Source: Alphaproteobacteria bacterium (GTDB lineage: Bacteria > Pseudomonadota > Alphaproteobacteria > CAAHEQ01 > UBA3637). From it: 64,000 nucleotides of DNA. Under the pieces are notes generated by a model. The model did no database searches. It was not told where the DNA came from and worked only from the letters and a program-made list of their open reading frames with translations. Where the stretch lies: positions 17,869-81,868 of the forward strand of contig JAFPYS010000019.1 of NCBI GenBank assembly GCA_017412085.1, given 5' to 3'. A program made the position numbers and the translations under genes. The stretch's first letter is position 1, and each line of letters opens with the position of its first letter. Below are positions 50,531-57,896 of this stretch, one piece after another.

Positions 50531-51555
50531 TTTTGGGTATAGAATCATCTTGTGATGAGACCGCTTGTGCTCTTGTCAACGAAAAGGGTGATGTGCTGTC
50601 GTCCGTTGTTTGGTCGCAGTATGATGAACATAGACGTTTTGGTGGTGTTGTGCCGGAAATTGCAGCACGCGCTCATTTGGAAAAGTGTGACATCCTCATT
50701 CGTGAATGTTTGGATAAAGCCTCTTTAGATTTCAAAGACTTATCTGCTGTTTCCGTAGCCGCTGGGCCAGGTCTTATCGGAGGTGTTTTGGTGGGGGTTA
50801 TGACGGCCAAAGCGATTGCCTTTGCACATAATCTGCCGTTCATCGCCGTCAATCATTTGGAAGGGCATGCATTGGTGGCGCGGTTAAGTAATCCCGTAAA
50901 GTTTCCGTATTTGCTGTTGTTGACCTCGGGTGGGCATTGCCAGATTTTGGAAGTAATGGGGGTCGGCAGATATAAAAAATTAGGGGCAACCATAGATGAT
51001 TCTGCGGGAGAAGCGTTTGATAAAGTGGCGAAAATGCTGGATATTGGCTATCCCGGTGGGCCGAACCTGGAAAAGCGTGCGAAGTTGGGTAATCCCAAGG
51101 CTTTTTCTTTGCCAATTCCCATGAAAGGGCGGGCAGGATGCGATTTTTCTTTCTCGGGCTTAAAGACCGCTGTGCGTTTCCAAATTGAAAAGATGGGCAA
51201 GCTGACGGATAAACAAAAAAATGATATGTGCGCCTCTTTTCAAACGGCGGTGGTGGCACAAATGCAAGATCGTCTGGAACATGCATTAAAAGTTTTCAAA
51301 AAGGATTTTCCTAACGCAAAAGATTTGGTGGTTGGGGGCGGAGTTGCGGCCAATGGTGCTGTGCGTGAGATGTTGGAAAAAGTGGCTGTAAAACACCAGA
51401 TGATTTTCTCGGCGCCTCCGATGAAGTATTGTACAGATAATGGTGTTATGATTGCCTGGGCCGGATTGGAAAGATTGCGTTTGGGACTGACCGATTCTTT
51501 GGACTTTAAAGCACGGCCGAGATGGCCATTGGAAGAACTTGACAGCAAAAAATAA
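50509..51555 (+). CDS. tsaD: tRNA N6-adenosine threonylcarbamoyltransferase TsaD
   Basis: 348 aa. Carries ILGIESSCDET, VNHLEGH and GGVAAN. Confidence 0.95.
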   Translation: MAQKKQVILGIESSCDETACALVNEKGDVLSSVVWSQYDEHRRFGGVVPEIAARAHLEKCDILIRECLDKASLDFKDLSAVSVAAGPGLIGGVLVGVMTAKAIAFAHNLPFIAVNHLEGHALVARLSNPVKFPYLLLLTSGGHCQILEVMGVGRYKKLGATIDDSAGEAFDKVAKMLDIGYPGGPNLEKRAKLGNPKAFSLPIPMKGRAGCDFSFSGLKTAVRFQIEKMGKLTDKQKNDMCASFQTAVVAQMQDRLEHALKVFKKDFPNAKDLVVGGGVAANGAVREMLEKVAVKHQMIFSAPPMKYCTDNGVMIAWAGLERLRLGLTDSLDFKARPRWPLEELDSKK

Positions 51556-51567
51556 ATATGCTATATA
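51539..51567 (+). promoter_or_regulatory. Candidate promoter of trxA inside the tsaD 3' end
   Basis: TTGACA (51539-51544), 17-nt spacer, TATATA (51562-51567). The ORF-track start of the 122-aa ORF is the TTG of this hexamer. Confidence 0.45.
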
Positions 51568-51592
51568 TTCTTTATACAGAAAAGGAGAACGA

Positions 51593-51907
51593 ATGCAACA
51601 AGTAAATGAAGCGAATTTTGACCAAGAAGTTTTGAAAAATGATAAACCTGTTTTAGTTGATTTTTCGGCTGTTTGGTGTGGGTCTTGCCGTCAGATAGCT
51701 CCATTTGTGGATCAGATTGCTGAAGAGATGTCTTCGGACCTGAAAATTGTCCAGGTAGATGTGGATGAGGCGGAACCTTTGGCGGTTAAATATGATATTC
51801 AATCATTGCCGACTTTATTGCTATTTAAAGGGGGCGAGGTTAAGGCAGCACATATCGGTGGCGCGGGCAAATCTGAGCTATTAGATTGGATTAAAGCAAA
51901 TATATAA
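51593..51907 (+). CDS. trxA: Thioredoxin (active site WCGSC)
   Basis: 104 aa from ATG 51593 (AAAGGAG RBS). Thioredoxin fold with VLVDFSAVWCGSCRQ and a cis-Pro region SLPTLLLFKGG. Confidence 0.85.
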   Translation: MQQVNEANFDQEVLKNDKPVLVDFSAVWCGSCRQIAPFVDQIAEEMSSDLKIVQVDVDEAEPLAVKYDIQSLPTLLLFKGGEVKAAHIGGAGKSELLDWIKANI

Positions 51908-51941
51908 GTTAATGAATTAATATATTGAAAAGGAAAGAAAA

Positions 51942-52376
51942 ATGCCAAAATTTTATGTGAAAAAGTTCTATCCAACTGGTGTGACCATAATTGATGAAAA
52001 GACCATTGAAGGAGATCGGAGGTTGGCCGCTGAAGAGTTGCTTGCGGAGAGTACGCGTTGTGCTTTTATTTGTTTTGAACCTAAAGAAGGTCATGGGCAT
52101 ATGAAGGCCTTGACCTATAACCCCAAATATTATCGCAGTCCAGAAGTTGTTACATTGGATGATGCCACAAAAAAACCAGAATGTGTCAAAGTTTTACATC
52201 GTGTGAATCCAAGGCTTCATCGTGCTTTGGTCAAATGCGGTGAAGATTACGTTCCTTTGGCACAAGAAGATGTGGTTTTTGATAAACAGCTAAAGTGTAT
52301 TTGGCCACAAGATCTAGGGGAAAAACAGGTGACGCCCCCAAAGGTTTCTATATTGAATAAGATTCGCGGCAGATAA
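51942..52376 (+). CDS. Hypothetical protein
   Basis: 144 aa. GGAAAG RBS. No recognisable motif. Followed by a hairpin and T-run. Confidence 0.45.
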   Translation: MPKFYVKKFYPTGVTIIDEKTIEGDRRLAAEELLAESTRCAFICFEPKEGHGHMKALTYNPKYYRSPEVVTLDDATKKPECVKVLHRVNPRLHRALVKCGEDYVPLAQEDVVFDKQLKCIWPQDLGEKQVTPPKVSILNKIRGR

Positions 52377-52393
52377 ATTTAATTCAAATAAGC

Positions 52394-52423
52394 GGGTTCG
52401 GATGATTCTAGAGCCCGTTTTTA
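52394..52423 (+). terminator. Candidate rho-independent terminator
   Basis: GGGTTC (52394-52399) pairs with GAGCCC (52411-52416), including one G-U pair, followed by GTTTTTA. Confidence 0.4.
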
Positions 52424-52523
52424 TTGGCAAAAGTTATTATTTTGTTGTCGTTAAAAATGCTCTCAGGTCAAAATTGTTGGCTAAAATCGACCAGGAGCAG
52501 GGTTCGTCTCGCCGAAAATCGTC

Positions 52524-52688
52524 CTAATTTTGATAAATGGCAGGCCGTTGCAGATAAGCTTTGCACATTTCGACTTCACGATCGGTCATTTGGTTGGGAT
52601 CTTTGTGAAGGCATAAAGTTTGCAAATCGTTTCCGCCGCTGACGCAGGCTGCCAAACCAAGACATAGAGCAATTGTAAAAATTTTCAT
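52524..52688 (-). CDS. Small putative lipoprotein (54 aa)
   Basis: From ATG 52688 (AAAGGA RBS): MKIFTIALCLGLAACVSGG, with lipobox LAAC. The mature part has 2 further Cys. Confidence 0.5.
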   Translation of the reverse strand: MKIFTIALCLGLAACVSGGNDLQTLCLHKDPNQMTDREVEMCKAYLQRPAIYQN

Positions 52689-53025
52689 TTGAATCCTTTC
52701 GTTTATTTGACGAGAAGTAAGATAAGGATTGCGAAAATCATTTTCAAGCCCAAGATATACACAATTTATCCACAAAATACATAACTTATTGAAAATATTA
52801 TAAAATATATTATTCTTGCTTCTAAAATCCGTATGGATACATAATATAAATTATGCGACAAATATATTAAGAATAATTTCATAATACTCTATTAAATCAA
52901 TCAGTTATAATTTTTGTCTAAAACAAAAAATGGGGATTTTAGGCGCAATTTAAGTTGTGACAGACTTTTGGCGGGATTGCAAGCCTTTTTCGCTAAACCA
53001 TATCTATAATTCAATGGAGGTTTAA

Positions 53026-53172
53026 ATGAAATATTTATGGTTTATCTTATTTTTATTAACAATGGCATGTGTTGGGATGGGCTATATTCTAAACGATCTG
53101 ATCGACTACCTGTTCCGATCAAACCGCTCTGAGACGCAAATTGTCGTAGAAACACCCGACCTTGAACAATAA
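53026..53172 (+). CDS. Small hydrophobic ORF (48 aa), not in the ORF track
   Basis: GGAGG RBS 6 nt upstream. Reads MKYLWFILFLLTMACVGMGYILNDLIDYLFRSNRSETQIVVETPDLEQ, with one TM helix. Confidence 0.3.
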   Translation: MKYLWFILFLLTMACVGMGYILNDLIDYLFRSNRSETQIVVETPDLEQ

Positions 53173-53200
53173 TTTTGATTTTAGGCTCTATCCACCTTGC

Positions 53201-53359
53201 TCAAAGTTGCTTAATTTCGATATTGATTAAATATTCCAGGAATGCTAGCGCTTTCAAGCTGTTTTGCATATGCAAGTTAATTAATAAAGCTTTCAAGATA
53301 TCTAGTTGTGGCAAGAGATATTGTTTAATAGCATTTTGATCAATTTTGTGTTGTTTCAT
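53201..53359 (-). CDS. Small helical ORF (52 aa), not in the ORF track
   Basis: AAGGAG RBS. Reads MKQHKIDQNAIKQYLLPQLDILKALLINLHMQNSLKALAFLEYLINIEIKQL. Convergent with the 48-aa ORF. Confidence 0.3.
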   Translation of the reverse strand: MKQHKIDQNAIKQYLLPQLDILKALLINLHMQNSLKALAFLEYLINIEIKQL

Positions 53360-53584
53360 GTTTTTACTCCTTTTGTACACATTTATATACTAAAGCATGT
53401 TTTTATAAAATACAACAAAAAAAAGCAAATAAATTAATTTTATATATTAAAAATTGTATTTTACAAAATAAAATAACAGATTTTAGATTATTTTTTATAT
53501 ATAAAGCAGTATGTTGACTATGGGGGTAAGGAACCGCATTTATCCCCCTCTTCTTGATTCGTTTTTTATTTGAAGAAAAAAGAC

Positions 53585-53613
53585 TTGATTTTTCCACTTT
53601 TTTTAAATAAAAT
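53585..53613 (+). promoter_or_regulatory. Candidate promoter of tRNA-Ser
   Basis: TTGATT (53585-53590), 17-nt spacer, TAAAAT (53608-53613). Lies 33 nt upstream of the tRNA 5' end, with very AT-rich sequence upstream. Confidence 0.3.
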
Positions 53614-53645
53614 ATGATGGTTTTGAACATCCGTTTACTATTCGT

Positions 53646-53735
53646 GGAGAGATGGTCGAGTGGTTTAAGGCACCGGTCTTGAAAACCGGCGTGGGGGTTC
53701 CCCCACCGAGGGTTCGAATCCCTCTCTCTCCGCCA
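53646..53735 (+). tRNA. tRNA-Ser (anticodon UGA), class II, CCA encoded
   Basis: Acceptor stem GGAGAGA/TCTCTCC. Anticodon stem CCGGT/ACCGG with loop CTTGAAA. Long variable arm GTGGGGG/CCCCCAC. T arm GAGGG-TTCGAAT-CCCTC. Discriminator G plus CCA. Confidence 0.95.
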
Positions 53736-53736
53736 A

Positions 53737-53769
53737 TAAAAAAAAGCCCCGATTGCTCGGGGCGTTTTG
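53737..53769. terminator. Bidirectional rho-independent terminator shared by tRNA-Ser and convergent hydA
   Basis: A-run, then GCCCCG (53746-53751) pairing with CGGGGC (53758-53763) around loop ATTGCT, followed by GTTTTGTT. Confidence 0.65.
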
Positions 53770-53784
53770 TTGTCACATCGTGGT

Positions 53785-55536
53785 TTATTTATTATAAAGC
53801 GGACGCGCTGTATAATGCGTATGCAGCAACTCCTCTGCCTTTTCTGACAGTGGCTCACCCAAATATTCTTTATACAGTTTTTGAATATCTGGATTTTGAT
53901 GTGAACAACGCACTTTTGCTTTTCGGTCATCATTCATAAGACCAGCCTGGCGTGCTTTACGGACGGCATTTGTCACCCCCAAAGGTTGACCACCACCACC
54001 AACACAACCGCCTGGGCATGCCATGACTTCAATTAAATCATATGGTGTTTTTTCACCATTGGCTTTAGCGCGACGAACTTTTTCCAATACGCTGACAACG
54101 TTTTTAATCCCATGAGCAACAGCCACATGGATTTCATTGCCGGCAATATTCAAAGTCATTTCTTTAGCGCCTTCGTTTAAGTTTGTAATTTGATCAAACT
54201 CAAGGTTTTCAATTTCTTTACCTGTGATGAGATAATGGGCAGTTCTTAAGGCCGCTTCCATAACGCCACCCGAGAAACCGAAGATGGTCCCTGCTCCCGA
54301 ATAAGTGCCAAGTGGAGAGTCAGCCTCTTCATCTGGTAAGGCGTTGAAATCAACACCCATCTGTTTAATCATCCGCACCAATTCGCGGGTCGTCAATGAC
54401 ACATCAATATTCTGAATGCCGTCATGAAACATTTCTTTTGAACGTTTGATTTCCCACTTCTTGGCCGTGCAAGGCATAATGGATACAACAATCATGTCCT
54501 TTGGATCTACACCAATTTTTTCAGCATAATATGTCTTGGCGACAGCACCCAACATCGCTTGAGGAGACTTGGCGGTTGAAAAGTTGTCAATCATATCATG
54601 ATCTACTTTCTCCAAATAATCCACCCAGGCCGGACAGCAACTGGTAATCAATGGTAAACGTTCTGGTTCTTTTGTATAACGCTTTACAAATTCACTGCCC
54701 TCTTCCATAATGGTTAAGTCAGCAGCAAAGTTTGTATCAAAGACAGCCTTAAAGCCCATCCGGCGTAATGCTGCGTAGATTTTTCCTGTTACCAAATCAC
54801 CGCTTTTATAACCGAAAGCTTCACCCAAAGCCACACGTACAGCCGGTGCAATTTGGACGACACAAGTTTTTGTTGTATCTTGTAAATAGTCCCATACTTT
54901 TCCTGTTTCGTCAACTTCAGTGATGGCCCCCGTTGGACAGTGCGCCGAACATTGACCACATTTAATACATGGAGAATCTTCCAAAGGTAAATCACCAGCT
55001 GGCGCCATACGTGTATTAATGCCACGCTTTAAGGAACTTAAAGCATAGACATTCTGCACATTTTGACAAACTTGAACGCAGCGACCACATTGAACACATT
55101 TTCTGGCATCAAGTTGGATACATCCTGTGGAATCATCCACCGGTAATTCTTTTTCGGTTGGAGTAATGTTGTCAAAAGCATCTTTATCCAACGCAAATTC
55201 ACGAGCCAAATCTTGTAATTCACAGTTGCCATTTTTCAGACAGCTTAAGCAATCATTTGGGTGACGAGAAAGAATAAGCTCCACAATTGTCTTGCGGGCC
55301 TTCATGATATCTGGATCGCGCGTAATAACTTGCATGCCCTCGGCTGCTGGAGTGCAGCAAGAGCGGAGCATTCTGCCATTAATCTTGACAATACAAATAC
55401 CACATGCCGCTGTTGCTTCCAAATCTGGATGCTTACACAAAGTTGGCACAATTACCTGTGCTTCACGACAAGCGTCTAAAACACTTGTACCTTCTGGGAC
55501 TTTGACTTCAATTCCATCGATTGTTAACGTAATCAT
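53785..55536 (-). CDS. hydA: [FeFe]-hydrogenase catalytic subunit HydA (M3-type, CpI-like architecture)
   Basis: H-cluster motifs TSCCPAW, MPCTAKKWE and EVMACPGGCVGGGGQP. N-terminal 2Fe-2S ferredoxin-like domain. His-ligated cluster region RHPNDCLSCLKNGNC. Two 4Fe-4S motifs, CVQCGRCVQVC and CIKCGQCSAHCP. Probable start at ATG 55536 (MITLTIDG). Confidence 0.9.
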   Translation of the reverse strand: MITLTIDGIEVKVPEGTSVLDACREAQVIVPTLCKHPDLEATAACGICIVKINGRMLRSCCTPAAEGMQVITRDPDIMKARKTIVELILSRHPNDCLSCLKNGNCELQDLAREFALDKDAFDNITPTEKELPVDDSTGCIQLDARKCVQCGRCVQVCQNVQNVYALSSLKRGINTRMAPAGDLPLEDSPCIKCGQCSAHCPTGAITEVDETGKVWDYLQDTTKTCVVQIAPAVRVALGEAFGYKSGDLVTGKIYAALRRMGFKAVFDTNFAADLTIMEEGSEFVKRYTKEPERLPLITSCCPAWVDYLEKVDHDMIDNFSTAKSPQAMLGAVAKTYYAEKIGVDPKDMIVVSIMPCTAKKWEIKRSKEMFHDGIQNIDVSLTTRELVRMIKQMGVDFNALPDEEADSPLGTYSGAGTIFGFSGGVMEAALRTAHYLITGKEIENLEFDQITNLNEGAKEMTLNIAGNEIHVAVAHGIKNVVSVLEKVRRAKANGEKTPYDLIEVMACPGGCVGGGGQPLGVTNAVRKARQAGLMNDDRKAKVRCSHQNPDIQKLYKEYLGEPLSEKAEELLHTHYTARPLYNK

Positions 55537-55538
55537 TT

Positions 55539-57260
55539 TTAGCATCCTTTCTTTTCATCATCTTTTTTCAAGAGGGCTTCATATTCCTCTGGGAAATACT
55601 TCATAGTGGACAACACCGGGTTTGGAGAAGTTTGACCAAGTCCACACAAAGATCCTTTTTGCATGGCAGATCCAATCTCTTTGATTTTTTCCAAATCTTT
55701 ACGTGTCCCCTCGCCTTTGGCAACTTTAGTTAAAAGCCGCAACATTTGATATCCACCAAGACGGCATGGAGCACATTTGCCACAAGATTCATCCACTGTA
55801 AAGCCTAGATAGAATTTGGCGATTTCAACCATGGAATCATCTTCATCCATAACAATCATACCACCAGATCCCATCATAGAACCAATTTTCTTCAATTCCT
55901 CATAGCAAAGAGGCAGATTCAATTCTTTGGCAGGAATCACACCACCGGATGGACCACCAGTTTGTACAGCCTTAAATGGCTTGCCTGTGGAGGTGCCACC
56001 ACCCACTTCTTCCACCATTTCACGAACTGTTGTTCCCATTGGCACTTCTACAAGGCCGGAGTGTTTCACTTTACCAGTCAAAGCGAACACTTTTGTTCCC
56101 TTACTTGTTTCTGTTCCAACGCTGGAAAACCAATCGGCACCATTTAAAATAATTTGTGGTACGTTAGCCCATGTTTCAACGTTATTGATAATTGTTGGTT
56201 TTTGGAACAATCCTTTTTCCGTTGGGTAAGGTGGACGTGGACGCGGTGTTCCCTTGTTGCCTTCCAATGACATCATCAAGGCAGTTTCTTCACCGCAAAC
56301 AAACGCCCCAGCTCCAATACGTAATTCAGCCATAAAGCTAAAATCTGTACCGAAAATATTCTTACCCAAAATACCGGCACGTTTGGCCTGTTTGATGGCT
56401 AATTCAACACGTTCCAAAGCAAGTGGATATTCCGCACGAACATAAAACCAGCCCGAAGTAGCGCCAGTTGCGTAAGCAGCAATGAGCATTCCCTCCAAAA
56501 CGGCGTGTGCGCCACCACCCAAAATACAAGAATCCATATAAGCACCTGGGTCACCTTCATCACCATTACAGATAATGAATTTTTCGCCATCAACCAAAGG
56601 CGCTTTGGCTAATAATTCCCATTTTTTACCGGTTGGGAAGCCGCCACCACCACGACCACGTAAGCCTGATTTTGTAATTTCATCCAACACTTGCTGCGGC
56701 GTCATTTCAAATAAACATTTAATTAAAGCTTGATAGCCGCCATTGGCCACGTACTCGCCCAAATCTTCTGGATCAGATGAGCCCAGATGTTTCAACACCA
56801 CACGACGTTGTTTTGTGAAAAATGGCAATTCCATGGAGAGCTCTTTTTCTTGTAAATGAGGTGCCAATTTCAATTCGGCTTCTGGTTTACCAAGCAAAGG
56901 CTTTACATGCTGTTCTACAATCAAATGAGCAACATCTGGTGTCATTTCTTTATATAAGAAAGGTTTACGGCCTTTAATTTCAATGCGTGTCATTGGGCCT
57001 GCAGCACACAATCCCATACAGCCCGTCGCCACCAAACGAACTTTTTCTGTTAAACCAGCCGTTTCAAGGGCAGCTTTGAAAGCTTCGTAAACACTTTGTC
57101 CCCCGCCAGAATGGCAACTTGTTGCATTGCAGGTAAAAATGGTTGCTTCATATTTAGCGTTTGTTTCTTCGAAATCTTTGCCCATTTGCAAAAGTTTGTC
57201 TTTTTGCATGCGGCCAACCGCTTTTAATTTCTCAATTTGTTCAGGCGTCATTTCAACCAT
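55539..57260 (-). CDS. hydB: [FeFe]-hydrogenase flavoprotein subunit HydB (NuoF-like, NAD(H)/FMN-binding)
   Basis: N-terminal thioredoxin-like 2Fe-2S domain (CNATSCHSGG ... CMGLCAAGP). FMN and NADH motifs GGGFPTGKKWE and CNGDEGDPGAYMD. 4Fe-4S motif ESCGKCAPCRLG ... CGLGQTSPNP. Start at ATG 57260, preceded by AAGGAGGG. Confidence 0.9.
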   Translation of the reverse strand: MVEMTPEQIEKLKAVGRMQKDKLLQMGKDFEETNAKYEATIFTCNATSCHSGGGQSVYEAFKAALETAGLTEKVRLVATGCMGLCAAGPMTRIEIKGRKPFLYKEMTPDVAHLIVEQHVKPLLGKPEAELKLAPHLQEKELSMELPFFTKQRRVVLKHLGSSDPEDLGEYVANGGYQALIKCLFEMTPQQVLDEITKSGLRGRGGGGFPTGKKWELLAKAPLVDGEKFIICNGDEGDPGAYMDSCILGGGAHAVLEGMLIAAYATGATSGWFYVRAEYPLALERVELAIKQAKRAGILGKNIFGTDFSFMAELRIGAGAFVCGEETALMMSLEGNKGTPRPRPPYPTEKGLFQKPTIINNVETWANVPQIILNGADWFSSVGTETSKGTKVFALTGKVKHSGLVEVPMGTTVREMVEEVGGGTSTGKPFKAVQTGGPSGGVIPAKELNLPLCYEELKKIGSMMGSGGMIVMDEDDSMVEIAKFYLGFTVDESCGKCAPCRLGGYQMLRLLTKVAKGEGTRKDLEKIKEIGSAMQKGSLCGLGQTSPNPVLSTMKYFPEEYEALLKKDDEKKGC

Positions 57261-57261
57261 C

Positions 57262-57744
57262 TTATTTGCCCTCCTTTGCGCGCCATTCATTGATAATTGT
57301 TTTCACTTTATCGGGCGTCATCTTGCCATAGGTTACCCCATTGATTACCATCACCGGTGCTAAGCCGCAGCAGCCCAAACAACGGACGACTTGAATATAA
57401 AAAAGCCCATCATCGGTTGTTGTACCGGCGGGGACTCCTAATTCTTTCTCCAACTCTTCTAATACGCTGGCGCTGCCTTTAATATGACAAGCGGTTCCAT
57501 CACAAATGGAAATAACATATTTGCCAGGAGCCTTTACTTTAAAATAGTTATAGAATGTTAAACATTCATAGATTTTTGCCATTGGCACGCCCAAAGATTG
57601 TCCAAGGTACAAGGCTTCATCCCAAGGGACATAACCGAACTGACCTTGCAATTCGTGTAATGCCATAATCAAGGAACCGCGCTTACCATTCCATTTGCGG
57701 ATAATGGCGTCAACTTTTTCTTTATTTTCGTCGTTCATCTTCAT
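57262..57744 (-). CDS. hydC: [FeFe]-hydrogenase 2Fe-2S subunit HydC (NuoE-like)
   Basis: 160 aa. Cys pattern CDGTACH ... CLGCCGLAP is typical of NuoE/HydC thioredoxin-like 2Fe-2S proteins. Confidence 0.9.
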   Translation of the reverse strand: MKMNDENKEKVDAIIRKWNGKRGSLIMALHELQGQFGYVPWDEALYLGQSLGVPMAKIYECLTFYNYFKVKAPGKYVISICDGTACHIKGSASVLEELEKELGVPAGTTTDDGLFYIQVVRCLGCCGLAPVMVINGVTYGKMTPDKVKTIINEWRAKEGK

Positions 57745-57896
57745 CCTTTCTTTGCAATTGAAATACGTATGCGAGTGAGTCTATAGAAATTTTAAAGGAA
57801 AATCAAGAGAAAAAGTAATCATTTCGCATTATTTTTCTCAAGGATAACTTGTATCCTGAAGGATTTACTCTATCTTTATGATAAAAAAGGGGAAAA

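Noticed and set aside
52800-52880. Short inverted repeats (for example TTATTCTT / AAGAATAA) in the AT-rich gap
   Set aside because: 8-bp matches in nearly pure A/T sequence are expected by chance. There is no terminal-repeat structure, no target duplication and no transposase.
53403-53939. 176-aa minus-strand ORF and 95-aa plus-strand ORF
   Set aside because: Both run straight through the tRNA-Ser gene and its terminator, and through AT-rich non-coding sequence. The translated products are low-complexity. The tRNA cloverleaf explains the conserved-looking core.
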